A DNA stretch of 64,000 nucleotides from Moniliella sp. 'wahieum'. Lineage: Eukaryota. Positions 1-15,601 of this stretch are shown here, piece by piece; positions within the stretch are counted from its first letter, which is position 1; each line of letters starts with the position of its first letter. Under the pieces are notes generated by a model that searched no databases, was not told where the DNA came from, and saw only the letters and a program-made list of their open reading frames with translations. Position numbers and translations under genes: made by a program. The stretch is taken from contig RSEE01000006.1 of assembly GCA_003971905.1 (NCBI GenBank), forward strand, positions 558,001 to 622,000. Direction: 5' to 3'.

Positions 1-1027
1 TTGAAGGTCAATCGCTTTTTGAATAGTGCCTGCCAGTCATACCGGTAAATATCGAACTACAATCAGAAGGGGAGTTAGATGAACATACAGGACGTCACAT
101 CCCATACCAGAAGTGCTTGGCTTATCCCTCCGCTGGTAAAGCCTGCAGCGTAAGGGTGAACCAGGCGGATACGTCATACTCCGTGATAGATAACTGATAC
201 TGAACGGCCTCGAAAATCGAGCCTGCCAATGGGTTGGAGATTTCCTCGGGGACAAGATTGACATGAGTCAAGCCAGCCAGCTTGCAGCACCTTAACATGC
301 CTTGCGGGACCCTTTGGCTGCGCGATTTTTCTTCAAGAAGGACGATATCAGGACGTGATGGGTCGTAGACAAATGACCTAACATATACCATTGGTTCTGA
401 CAAAGAGAACCAAAGAAGTTCTCCCGTGACGAGATCCACAGTAATTAATGCTGACCCTCTGTCAAGAAACTCCTCACTCCCCGATGCAAAACAGGCCCAC
501 ATTGTCGGGAAAATGACGAATGGAGGTTCTAGGGCAGGGAATGGCTCAGCTTTATGAGAGCCAAGGCGAACTCGAGGGAAGAGACTTGGGTATTTCTCGG
601 GGTCCATAAGAACCTGCTTTAAATCGAGGGGTGCGAGGACTTGAATCACTGTCCCGCGCGGCATCGCCCTCCACCCAAAGGTGAGGTCGTATCCCTGCTT
701 AGCAGAAATCGCATGGGCGGCTAGAACCAACCGACGCCACGACCCCGAAGCCATAACTTGAGAACGCTCTTTCTCCGATCCCAGAATGTACTCGGCACAG
801 ATCTGGAGAAGGCTGGCACGAGAATCATTTGAAGTGGCGTGGAGGTGGGGGGGGACCAGTCCTGTTCGCCACGCATACATGCTCCAGACAGTCTCGTGGT
901 GAACAGCATCGCGCCAGTGCTTGCAAACCAGCGCGAGCCCCACGACACTGGGCACGTCCAAAACGCCGCAATTGAGAATGTTGAGGGCCACCTCAAACGG
1001 AACAGTGGCAAGAATGTCGAGGACCAT
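1..1027 (-). CDS. F-box domain protein (3' end uncertain; ORF stops at 122 but may continue off the window by frameshift or intron)
   Basis: ATG at 1027 begins MVLDILATVPFEVALNILNCGVLDVPSVVGLALVCKHWRDAVHHETVW, matching the F-box pattern (LP-E-I-L ... VCK-W ... W). Confidence 0.7.
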
Positions 1028-2350
1028 TATGGTATGGGGAAAAGGTTGGTGGGCTCCTGCATAGCATTTACCCCTTATAAGCTGGTCAAGTTTTGAGCGG
1101 TTTCCGGTTCTGGTCTGTGCACGAGCCCATTCCAACAACGCCGGTGCAACGCTAGCCGCGGGTTGGTGACGTAACGTGAAAGAAGAGGCGCTAAGCGCTA
1201 AGCGCTAAGCACGGAGGTGTCATTAACGTACATGAGAGGCCAATGTGGGGCTGGCCTGGGGTTATCGATTATCGACTAGATTATCAACTATCGACGATAC
1301 CGCGGAACGAAGATCGGGGGCGTTTCATCTGTCGCATGTCACAATTCCACTCACCTGACGGCCATGCCGGCTGTGGCCAGGCCCTAATAGCCAACAGAAC
1401 AACCCAATCGTTTTGGCGAAATAACAAATCGGCGCAACATATTGAGCACACACGCTGAGCCTCAACCCCCCAAAAACGGTATCCTTGCCTCCCTTGCCTT
1501 GCGCTCGCCGGCTTCAAAAGCAAAAAACTTTGAGGAGAGTACTTTACAGAGGTTGTGGTCAACCTGGCGATTTCACTCGCGCCATTCTCAAACGTTGATA
1601 ATCGAGTCAGTGCCTGGGATCTCGTTGGCCAACTCCAACCAGCTCTATGCTGAGTTTACTTTACTGTGGCTATGGCATAACTCCGTCGCGTTTTTTATGC
1701 GATGCTGCAAGAGGTCCTCACAACCGCCCTCCGGGAGAGTGCACAACCTCTTCCTTTTGGGTGCGGGTGTAAGTACTGTCTGAGTTCGCTATACGCATAT
1801 GGATTCACCAGGAGCGTAGCAAAAGTAGGAGGGTGTTGGCAGTGGCGTGGAAGTTTTTTTATAGGGCTCTCATTGCACTGATGGGGATAACTTGGTTAGG
1901 CCGTAAGAGATGTGATAACAAAGGGCGGTGATTACGATGACAGTAGGGTTGCGGTGGCGCTGGTTTCTTTCGTATAGCGATCTCGTTTAAGTTGGCTGGC
2001 TGCACGTGCCCATCCCTCCTATGACATAGCCTCCCTGCTTTTTGGAGGGCATCCGTAGTGGGGCTTCCTACAGCCACGCACACTTATCTACTGCCGCTGT
2101 CCAAACATATCTCGACCATCCTAGCCCAGCCCAACATGGAGTCACACGAGAGAAGAATCGAAGCGGGTCGGCGGTAGACGCCCGTCTGTTGGGACCACAC
2201 CAGCACAACCACCACTCCAAAAGCCACGACGTACTCACCTGGTTCCAGCCCTGCCCACTGGGCCCTCCACAGATCATTGGGGCCCAACCATGGTTGCCAC
2301 CCCACTCTCACCACTGTTCTTGCCTAGTGCGGGACTGGGTGATCTAGCCG

Positions 2351-5300
2351 ATGTTCCCGCGGCGCCTCTTGATGGCGCGTCGGCCATGCTACCAGCCCCT
2401 CCCCTCCCCCGGTTGTGGAGATGGGAGGATCGCCAAGGCTACTCAGCCGAGAGGGCAGTTCTCGCTCGGGTCGCCTCTCCTCCCTCTCCCAGGAAAGAAC
2501 GGGGAGTGCTCTCGAAACATTCTCGGCACTTCTGCTGCATCAGGAGACTCGTGGTCGCGCCCCACCTTGAGCCGCCAGCGAGAGAGCGCTGGCGCGAGAA
2601 TGGCGTTCCCTGACGACGCTGGAACCCATCCTTCCCACATCCTAAGAACCCTGCGCCGCCACTCTCTTCCCCTTGGACCAGTGGGAGAGGGATTGACTCG
2701 TGTAGGAACAGGAGGAGGCATGCCCACTTTCGAGGTGCATTGTCCCGCCCCTCTTCATCCTTCAAAATCTTCGCCTCCACTCAGTTTCACCGAGTTGGCC
2801 AATGAGTACGATGTGTCCAGCCGCCCAGCGTCGACTGATCCTCTCACCTCGTCCGACTCGGAGCCACTGGCACACCACCACCCTTCTTACTCTCTTCCAG
2901 GAAGCTGGCTTGATTACTCTTCTCCCAGCGCGAGCGAAGAGCTACCAAAAAGAGGAAAAGACTCGCCCGGGAATCCTAGTATTTCTTTTCAAGCCCTTCC
3001 TAAACCACAACGGTTTGACAGTACGTCTTGCTCTCATGCCTTTTCCCCTCCCACATTAGCTCAGCTAACCCTCGTAGGCATTTTGGAGGTGCATCGAGCA
3101 CGCACCCGCCAAGCCGCGGCGCGTAGAGAGGAGCGTCGGACGCGTGCGCGCGACCGCCCGGCGCACCAAGTGGGAATGCTCACTGCACTCACCAACTTTG
3201 TTCATGCAGCCCACGCGGCGGACATGGCGGCACGGGCAGGTGAAAAGGCGCGGAAACAGAAAGAGAGGGAGCAGCACGCGCGTCACGTGGAATCTTCGCC
3301 AGGGCCTTCCCGCAGCCGGGAAGGGGCATTCGACGTACTGGCAGTCACAGCGAATTTCACCAACAGGCTGTTGGACAACGAGTGGCATTGCGAGCCGTCG
3401 GGGGTTCGTCCCCGCCGGTAATGGGAAGAAGCCCTCGGCCCGCATACCAGACTCATGTTGTACTTCAGCAAGGGGACAGCTTAAACCCGCGACATGTCTT
3501 GGGTCTTACTGAGGAAGAAGTGCAGGTACAACTGCAGCCCGGCCGGGAGCTGACTTGTGCTTCCTCAGATGCGGTGGAAGCTCCGACCGTGAATCGGCAG
3601 GAATGGCCTGGCCGTTCGTTTTTGCGGTGGTACATGCTGGGTGATCTAACCATCCCGCGCCCCTCTTTGAGTACTTTACGGACCCATTTTTCTCCGCGCA
3701 CGCAGGTCGTTCTTAAGCCGCTTATGTTGGTCCTCTTTCCGCTTCTGGCCGCATGCTGGCTTCTACTCGTCCACACTTTTGGTCTCACCATCTTCATCGT
3801 GGCCCATACCCTAGCGCTAGCGCTCGAAATGTGGGAGCACGCATGTCTTGCCATCTGGTTTCTCCGTTGGGTCTTAGCCAACTTACGGGGAAAGACAGTA
3901 CTAAGCCGGTGCATCATTGAAGCCCATCAACTCGTGCTCAGGGAATGGTCTTCTGTGGTGCAAGAGGACCATGAAGCGTATCAACAATCGCGTGGCATGT
4001 CCACCTGGAATATCGTCCGTGGCTTGTTGGAGTTGTATTGTATCCAAGATGCCACCTGGCCCCAGCTTCTGGGGCACGACGGCGGACTGGTTTCGCTCAC
4101 TCAGCAGGGAGGTAACGAGATTCAGGCTGGGGTTTCGCCCGAGGAGGATGAGCTGGATGACGAGATGGTGGTGACACTTCAAGACGCAGACATTATGCAG
4201 CTGACACTTACGCCGCGCCTCGGCCCTGTGCAGGAAGGGAGTGTACCCCCTGGACGGCGCGAACTGGCTCAGCGGGGAATCTGGTTGGCCACCTCACATG
4301 TTCCTGCCCTTGTACGAACTCTGCGCTGGGCTGCGGGACTGGCAATCAGCGTACGGCATGCATACTCCCGTCACGGGCTTGCCACCGCCGTTCACTCCGT
4401 CTGGGCTGCAACTACCGCGCCAGGCGTTTGCTCATCTCTCTCGGCTCAAGGCAGAAGCTGTGCTCCACGCCGATATCCAGACCCTCGACGACACAACTGC
4501 CTACTGCCCCACCTTCTACGTCGTCAAGGACACTGTTCGCCAGACCATTGTTGTTGCCATCCGCGGCACGCAGTCGTTCCGTGACATCATTGTGGACCTC
4601 GAGATGGATGTGTCGGAGCTCGTGCTCCCCCAACCCTCGGGCACCAGCACGGATACCCCTCTCATCTGCCACACGGGCATCCTTCGTGCCGCTCAGGCCA
4701 TGATTGATCCTGCCTCCAAGTTGATGCGGGTGCTGCGGGCGGAACTGACGGCAGAGCCGGGCTACGGACTGGTCTTCACTGGCCACTCGCTTGGCGGCGC
4801 AATTGCAAGTGCCGTTGCGCTCCTCTTGGCCGAGTACGTCGCCCGCCAACACAGAGCCTCGACGACGGGGTCTGGCGTACCTCTCTCGGCTCGGGATTGC
4901 CAGCGCAGCGAAGAGTGCGAGCCATCAGTTTCGCACCCCCAGCTACCGTGAGTCCCAGCTTAGCCTCCTTGGCTGCACGCGGTTCCCCTCCCCTCGTCCT
5001 CGCGGCCACGTTGGGGCCTGACATCATCCCTCGCTGCGGGCATGGGCAGGCGCGCGAGCTGCGTCGGGTGTTGGGGGCGTTAGCGCGCCTGCGACGCGAC
5101 CCAGGTGCAACTTGCCAATCCCCCACCGGGGTGGACGAACGGGGGCGCACGCCGATCCTGCGCACGTGGGTCCAATGGAGCTGGGCGCAGCGCCAGCTTC
5201 GTCGCGCTGGTCCTATCGACCAACCCGTGCTGCGCGGCACATCCATCATCTCGCTCATTCGCTCTGGGGCGTACGCTGCGCGATCGAAGCTGACCTCTAC

Positions 5301-5711
5301 GCCTCGGTCAAGGCCAGGAGGAGGCAGCTTCGACAGCTCAACCCTCCTTCGTCCCCCGCGCTGGGCTCCCAGTCATCCCTTCACGATCTTTCGGCGGCAC
5401 GGCAAGCGCTGGATCAGCTTACGGCGCACAACGAAGAACGTATCGCAGGAGCCGGGGCACCGATGCTTATCCCTCCTGGGTGGAACGTGTGGATGGCGTA
5501 CACGTCACCCTCCGACAGTGGGAATGAGAATGGTCGGCGGGACCCCGTTAGCCGGCCGTCCAACGGAGCTTCCGAGGCTCGGCTGGACCTGTACTACGTC
5601 CGGTCCCCCACCTCTTTCTTTTCCCTTCCCTGGCTCCATCCCAAACTGTTTGCAGCACACTTTCCTTCCGCGTACGAAAGTGCCATCATCGACGATTTAC
5701 ATTTTTCCTAG
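2351..5711 (+). CDS. Class-3 lipase, diacylglycerol-lipase-like, with N-terminal low-complexity region and hydrophobic segments (frameshifted; start uncertain)
   Basis: Consecutive ORFs 2351-3421, 3382-4584, 4241-4951, 4897-, 5112-5711. Motifs TIVVAIRGTQSFRDIIVDL, CHTGILRAA, LVFTGHSLGG (GxSxG nucleophile), AISFAPP, GPDIIPR and C-terminal FAAHFPSAY. Hydrophobic stretch LMLVLFPLLAACWLLLVHTFGLTIFIV. Confidence 0.85.
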
Positions 5712-6062
5712 ATACCTTTGCACCCTTGCAACGTCTATCCAACTCTAGTTGCCTATCTCTTCGATGATTCCACTGCCTTCCATTCGTAGAAGCTTTGCCT
5801 CAGACCTGTTTCAAGGGAAGGAAACATGAAAGAGCGAGAAGAACAAGTTGAGTTGGGATCTTGACTCGTCAAAAGTGGAATACTTTGCTCGTTGCCAGGA
5901 GTGTTGACAGAAACTGAAGAAGAAATGGGACGAGGCGTCCAAAAGGCGCAACACTAGTTGTGATTGGCAACAAGTCCCCAGCCTCAGGAACACGAACTCA
6001 GCACGGATGGAAACTTGGGAGCCGGAGCCGGGAAAGCCACGCCCACGCCCTCATCGTGGCGG

Positions 6063-8105
6063 TTAGAGGGGCAGCAAAGCTTCCACGCCTTCTTCCGTAG
6101 CGGCCTCCTCTACTGCAGTCGGAGTGGCCACCCCGCCGTCCTCTTGCTCTGCCCGCTCGCCGTTTTTCTTTCCGCGCTTGCCCTTATCCTTACTGCGCGG
6201 AGTAGAGGGGTTGTAGCCTCCAACAAACATCTCGTACCCTTCGCACTCGGTCAGGGACTTGAACTTCTTCAGGTTTGAGGTAGAGCATTTTGGGCCCGCG
6301 CGGCTTGCGCGCCGGCGTCCTTGCCCCTCCTCTTCTTCCACCACATCCTCCTCTGCCTCTGGGATCTCCGGTTCGGCCTTGTCAGGCTGACCGTAGGGGA
6401 ACGGCCATTGACCCTTGGGGATTTGGGCCACACCAAACCGTGCCCAGTAAGGCTCAATGCCGTTGGTTGGCTCGGGCTTGTTGCGTCTGCCAAATCGCAG
6501 ACGCTGCATCGAGCGCAACTCGTCCGACCCGGGCGCAACAAACTTGACCGATGTGATTCGGAACCAGCCAAGGAAGGCACCCTGGCCCTTGGTATTGTTG
6601 CTCTGATTGGGTCCGGATTTGTTGGTCTGGAACCAGACTTGCTGACCCACAAAGGGGATGGGCCGGTTAAAGTTCATGGCCCCTTCCTCAATCCCAAGGG
6701 CGGCCGCATCGTTTTGCGTGTTGTTAAAGTACCATGTCCGGGTAAACATTTCGTCCGCCAAGGAGATCAAAGGTTCGTCCTTGGTATCTTGCACCATCTC
6801 CTCCACCTTGCGTCGCACCTCCGCCAACTTGCCGCGTGGCACCGCCCCACGCGGCTGCCTCTCCAGAAGAGAAAGTTCCATGCGCTTACGCGCCAGAGCC
6901 CAGGGCGCCTGGAAGGCAAGGGGAGCAAGCTATGCGCAAACGACTTGACCCAAAACTCTCCGGCCGAAGCTTCTGCCAGGGGATCATCCACCATCCGCAC
7001 CAACCCCACATCGTCCTCCCGTGATCCAAACCCAATCCCTGTGGCATCCACAGCAGCAGCGTCGGGGCCCTGGATCCCGCGCATCGGACGCCAGATGAAG
7101 TCGGTGTTGGAACGACTGTTCTTAAACCCGCCCCACACCCGACTGGCCGCCGCGCTTTGAGGCGGCTTGAGCCCCGGGGGCGGCGTGTTCACAAATAAAG
7201 GCTGATGACCATGGTCCCACAAGTTGCAGAGCATCAGCAACGCAGGTTTCTTTTGTTCTATTCCTTCTTTGCGCACCCGCTGCCAAACGCGGTACTGTTG
7301 CCGAATCTCTTCCTCTTCCTTGGCCTCCAGCGTGGCATCGGGGAAAGTTCCGCCTCGCTTGCCGCGGGTAGTTGGGCCTGCTCCGTGCTGGGAGGAGCAC
7401 TGGGGTCCGCAGGCTCCAAGGGGTCTGCAGCAGGGTCACCGATAGGCTTGATGTCTTCGCGATAGGATGCAGTGTGCTGCCGCTCCGCATCGCGGGCAGA
7501 CTTCCAAGCGGCAAGGAACTGATCTTCGGTCGTGTCTTCCCTGGCGGCTAGGTGGGCGAGACCATACAAGCGAGGCCCGCCATTATCCGAGCGCCACCAG
7601 CTCCAAGGCGAAGGCTGCAGTACCCCGGCGATGTCGACAATGTTTTGAAAAAAGACGAGGGTGGAATTGTTGGGAAACCGGACGGGCGGAGCAGGCGGTT
7701 CCTTCTCCTTTTTCTCCTTTTCTGCATCCTTGTCCTTACCCTTCTTGTCCTTGTTGGCCTCGCGCTCCCGACTCATCTCGGCTGCCTTGGTGATGTTGGA
7801 GAGCGTGTCGGCACGGGCCTCTTGGCGCTTCTTGAAGGCGTCCTTAAACTCGGCTACTTGCTCGGGCGTGGGCACAGCGGGCTTGCGCTCGTGCCCGCCC
7901 ACAAAGCCCGCTTCGCCTGTGGTCGGGGGCCAAAGGGCTGGCGAAAGCTGGGCAGCCAGCCGTCCAGCTCGCCCGAGGGGGGCGGGGTGGCGGCGGTGGG
8001 GGGCGTGGCGGTGCGTGCGGGCAGCGGATCGAGGCGGCTGCGCGGGTCGCGGCGCGGCGGCGCAGCGCCCCCGCGGGCACGCATAGCAGGAGGGACGTAG
8101 GACAT
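6063..8105 (-). CDS. Uncharacterised fungal protein (three or four frameshifted pieces)
   Basis: Overlapping protein-like ORFs 7854-8114 (MSYVPPAMRAR start at 8105), 7258-8262, 6767-7276 and 6063-6881. Charged K/E-rich segment plus a globular-looking C-terminal part (FLGWFRITSVKFVAPGSDELRSM...YWARF). Confidence 0.6.
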
Positions 8106-9011
8106 GGCGGACACACACAGCCGGCCGGCGAGGCGGGGAGAGGGTGGGACAGACGCACGCTACGGCGGCGCAGAAATCGGCGGTGTCGGGGGGGCGACAG
8201 ATGGTGGTCGGAAGCGGAAAAGGCGGCGGCCTGGCCGCTTGACTTGACACGTCAAGCTTCAAGTCAAGCGTGAAGCTTGGAGCTTGCCGCTTGGACCGAG
8301 CACATTGAACGGACTGCTCCGTTGAGCCTGAGCCTCCCTGGGCCGCTTGTGCGCTTGAACTTCAAGGTTGAACTTGCGTGAAGCTTCCCGCGTGGCTGCT
8401 GGCGACGCCCGCCCGCCAGTCGTCGCCAGCCGTCGCCAGCCCGCCTTCGTCTGCCTTCCTTCCGGTGTGCGCCCGCCACCTGGCCAGTCTGTCCCGCGCC
8501 CCCGTCCCCACCCTTCCGCTGGGGTGGCCCCGGCTATCCACACTGCCCCGCCAGCCCCCAACACCAAGTGTTGTGATGGCACATTTGTTCTTCTTCCCAG
8601 CTGTGCTCCCACGCAGCATGTCCTTGTCACCGGTCCCCTGCGCTCCCACGCGCGCCACGCCCCCCGTCTGGCCCCTTCCGTCCGCACACCGCACATCGCA
8701 TCCCGAGCGCACTGCAACTACGACTACACTCACTACCACGGCAGCCGTCCTCTCTCCCGCACCCGTCGCCCCGCGCTCGTCAGAGTCAAGTAGCGATTAC
8801 ATCGTACACGGTCGAGTCATGCATGGGGAAGGCGAGCTGGGAGCGGAGAAAGAGTTAGATGGGAATAAGGCGAGGCGAGGCCGAGGCCGAGGCATGCGTG
8901 GCAAGGTAGCCAGCGGCCCTCGACCTGCCCCTTTTTGGGGGGGATTGGTTGCCAAGGCTTCCCCAGCGTGGGCCGTGAGACGGTGGGGTTGGGCCTGGGA
9001 GGGGGAGCGGC

Positions 9012-9847
9012 TTAGGACGTGTCCTGCACCACACCCACCTCGGCGGGGCGGAGAACGCGGTCCTTGATCTTGTACCCGACCTTGGACACGGACAGAACCG
9101 TGCCCGGCTCCTTGCCCGGCACGGGTGCCTGGAAGAGGGCCTCGTGCTGGTTGGGGTCAAAAGGCTCGCCGGTCGGGTCAAAGGCGGTGATGCCGTGCAT
9201 CTTGAGCATATCCAGGATGGCCTTTTGCGTCAAGGCCACCCCCGAATACAGCTCGGCGACCGCTTTATGTGGGTCCTCGGCACCGGCGGAAGCAGGCGCC
9301 TCACGGAACGCTTCCGGAACACTCTTCAGCGCCAGCTGGAGCACATCCAGCGACGAGGTCAGGTCCTTGGCCAGCTTGGTGATGCCGTAGTCGGAAGCCT
9401 TGGCCTTCTCCTCCTGACTCCGGCGTTCCAGGTTCTGCATGTCGGCCTTCGAGTAGAGCACGGCTTTCTGTAAACAGAAAGAAGCAATAGACGGCAAACC
9501 GGGTTAGTACGGGCGGAAGAGAGGGACAGGAGGCAACGCACCTCCAGCTCCTTGATCCGCTCCTCGCGCTCTCGACAATCTTGCGCAGCTTGGCCACCTC
9601 GGAGTCGTCGGCCGTTTCAGCATCCTTCTCAGCAGCCTTCTCGGCGGAAGTAGCGGCCTGCTCGGCCTCGCCCTCGGCCGCGGCAGCGCGGAGAGGAGAG
9701 GTGGCAAAGGAGCGCCACGCCGACGCACGGGCCAGGCCTGGGGCCGGGGCAGCAGCGGGGGCGATGCGGGCCAGGGGGCGAGCAGCGCGCGAGGCGCATG
9801 GCAGAGGGCGTGGTGAGGCGGAGAGCAGGGCGCAGGACAGAGGGCAT
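9012..9847 (-). CDS. MGE1: Mitochondrial GrpE nucleotide-exchange factor
   Basis: Arg/Ala-rich presequence (MPSVLRPALRL...). Conserved YSKADMQNLERR, FDPTGEPFDPNQHEA and GYKIKDRVLRPAEVGV. Intron 9468-9541 (GTGCGT...ACTAAC...TACAG). Confidence 0.93.
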
Positions 9848-10100
9848 GGCGACGGGTGGTGGCGGCGGGGAAGAAACGACGCAGCGGGCGACGGGGTGGG
9901 ACTGGATGGGGATGGGTGGGCCTGCCTGCGTCCGACGGATGGCGGAATGCGCAGCGGCTGGCCAGCTGCGGGGAACAGGGGCGGTCGAAACCCCAAGAAG
10001 GAGCAGGGTTGCACCGACGGCCTGGGCACGTGACTCGGGCCTCATTTAACGTTTGACATCCTACGTCAGGTGACCGGTGATCGATCGCAGAATGCAACAT

Positions 10101-11349
10101 TCAATTCGCCGCGTGCTCCTCGGGCTGGGCATGCACCGACCAGACGCCCCACCAGTTGCCGCGGTCCCACCCAGACGCCTCGCGCACCACACACACCCGC
10201 CGCTCCCGACACCCGCCGCATACCCCGAGTCCGCAAACATCGCCCCCGCCTCCTCCACCAGCCGCTCCAGCTCGCCCTCGACGAACACGTGGTAGTCTGT
10301 CCTCCACGTCAGTCTCCCTGCCCTTCCGTCTCCTGCCCCGCCCCACCGATGGACCACGTACATCGCTGAAACACCTGCGTCTCGCCTCCCGCCGCCCCCT
10401 CGCCCCCCAGGTGTTGGTGTTCCTTGGCCAGCACCCAGGGCACCAGCAGGTCCTGCTGCGCCTGCGCCGCCCCGTCCTCGGCCGTCTCGAACCCTGCGCG
10501 CCGGCCTCCGCGCTGCTCCAGCGCCCACGCATACACCATGAACCGTCCTGGGCCCGACCCCATTTGTTCGCTTGCCTCCCTCGCTTCCCCTTGCCCGGCC
10601 GCCTCGTCTTCTGCACCGGCCGGAGCGCGGCCGGGGTTACCGCGCGCAGGCGCAGGCGCAGGCGCAGGGCGGACGAGCCGGATCAGTTCCTGAATGGCCG
10701 CCCGGCGCCGGTCCCAGGTAGAAAGTGGTGGATGGTAGCGATGCTCAGCATAGTCGAACCCCTGCGGGCGGAAACACGGTCCCAGCGCATCGCCTACCGC
10801 CACTTCGTTCCGTACCTTGCCTTGGCCTTCCAACAGATGCCCCGTGTTCCACGCCGCATGCGCAACCAGCGCCGCACTCATGTCCGCTCCGACCGTCAAC
10901 ACGGCCCCGGCCGGCGCTAAGGCGTGGGCGCTTGCAACTGGGGCGGGAGGGGGCGTGGTGGCAGCAACAGAGGCAGAAGTAGGAGCAGAAGTAGGAGCAG
11001 AAGTAGGAGCTGGGGCGCTGGTTTTCGTCTTTGTCTTTGACTTTGTCTTCGTCGTTGTCTTTGTCTTCCGCGTCTTCGTGGGCATGGTGGGGACCCAAGC
11101 ATCGCATGCGGCCAGCGCCGAGTACACGGGCAAGTACTTGCCATTGCCGCAGCCTAGGTCGGCGCCGATCGAGCCGGGGGCAAAGGAGGCGAGGAAGCGC
11201 GGGATGAGCGGCCAGGGCTTGTAGCGCGTCGCACTGAAGTGAGGCGCAATCGCATCGTACACGGCATGCACCGTCTGTGCCTCGTAGGCCGCGGCTGAAC
11301 CGGACGTCTGCGCCGCGGCGGGCGTCGGATCGGACAGTTTGCCTCCCAT
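10101..11349 (-). CDS. TRM9: tRNA (carboxymethyluridine-34-5-O)-methyltransferase
   Basis: YEAQTVHAVYDAIAPHFSATRYKPWP, SAM motif GADLGCGNGKYL, YAWALEQ, QDLLVPW, then QR-Y-YHVF across intron 10297-10361, and C-terminal GWDRGNWWGV. Confidence 0.9.
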
Positions 11350-11760
11350 GGCCGTCTGGGCGCTGCCAACGCCGGGCGTCCAGTGGCAGGCCAAAGCAGC
11401 CACGCTCGACGGCCAACAAAAATCGGGGGCGGAAGGCGGAATCGGCTGGTTTACCCCACAGGTCTCGAGGTTTAACGTTTACGCATTACGTGCCAGAGTC
11501 ACTAGCCAGCCATCATGCATGGATGTGCCGCCTCCCATCCATCTGGGCTGCCGATCCCTTTCCCTTGTTCTTACTGCCTCCATCCTCTTCAGCGTAAGAA
11601 CCAACATTGATTCCATATGCCCATGGAGAGTGTACATAGTCCATGTCGATTAGTAAAAAACTCATATATGCAGAGAGAAAAAGCACAGGCGACGCGAGAC
11701 ACGCGAGACAGGTAGGATGCAAAGCAAAAAAAGGGAGAGGAAAGGAAAGGCGGGGAAGGG

Positions 11761-14466
<2,706 letters not shown>

Positions 14467-15240
14467 CGCCTGTGGGGGCTGCTGGGGCACTGGCACGGGG
14501 GCAGCTCCAGCCTGGCAAGGCCCAAGGCAGGTCGTGGGAAGAAGTGTCTCCACACCGACGCTGGAGAGGATGAGGGCTGCTCCCACACCCGACGCCCCTG
14601 TCGACGTGCTGCGACGTGCTGCGAACAGTGCTGTGGTCCATTGCGAGCCCTAAAGCCTAAGGCCTACAGGCTCAGCTTCCCGGATCCCGATCGACTCAGA
14701 TCAGCCATCTCTCCGGCTCGCCTGCGCTTTCCTTTTGTACACTCAGCGCAGCACACGGCACCCACCACCGCCCTGCCCTGCGCCGCCCTGCCTGCCCCCT
14801 GTCTGTCGTTCGCGTTGCATCCCGTCTTGGCTGGGCGCATGCGTCAACAATGCCAGCCCCACCTGCCCGATCGATGATCCAGGGTGGATGTTCGATGGAT
14901 TCGATGATTACTGAATACGATTACTGATTGGCGTTCACAGGACCGATGTTCGCAATCATTATTCGATCATCGATCATCCACCGTATAGGATAGCCTCCTT
15001 CGGCCCCGAAGCTGGGGCTCAGCAGGGCTCAGCCGGAGGTTTCGGCCTCTGACCCTAACGTCTATCCTTCTCGCGAAGACGCTCGAGGCGCTGAAGCTGG
15101 AACTGAAGCGGAAAGCTTAAAGAGCTTATGAGCTCGAAGGCCAAGTGGCCTCCTCGGTCCCGGACCACCCTCTCAATAGCAGCAGCACTGGCTCGCACCA
15201 GCGGCCCTCGCATATCGTGTGAGAAGGCACAACCCGGGGA

Positions 15241-15280
15241 AATAGTAAGGAACAGAGAGAAATAGTAAGGAACAGAGAGA
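15241..15280. repeat. Perfect 20-bp tandem duplication in the STE20/SEC9 divergent intergenic region
   Basis: aatagtaaggaacagagaga x2. Confidence 0.9.
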
Positions 15281-15601
15281 TCGAAAGGGAATCGAACCCA
15301 TGCCATCGCCTATTGGCCAGGGATGCGTTATCACTGCGCTATCGAGTATAGGGCCCCAGTTCAACAGCAGCGCAAACCCATATATCGGTCAAGCCGGCCT
15401 TAGGACGGCACGTGACGAGTACGACATGAACGTATGAACCGTCTAACCCCTGCTTAGGTAACGCGAACGTGCCTGCTGCGCGCGCGTGCGCCGCCTGGCG
15501 CCGCCACCGGCCCCGCCTGCCAGTCTTGCCACGCTGGTCCGAAGGGCACAGCACCTGCCCTTACACCACCGCCTGCACCGCCTCCACCGCCTCCACCGCC
15601 A

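Noticed and set aside
15241..15280. CRISPR-like or transposon target-site duplication
   Set aside because: Only two adjacent copies with no spacer. The context is eukaryotic, and I saw no cas, transposase or RT motifs anywhere in the window.
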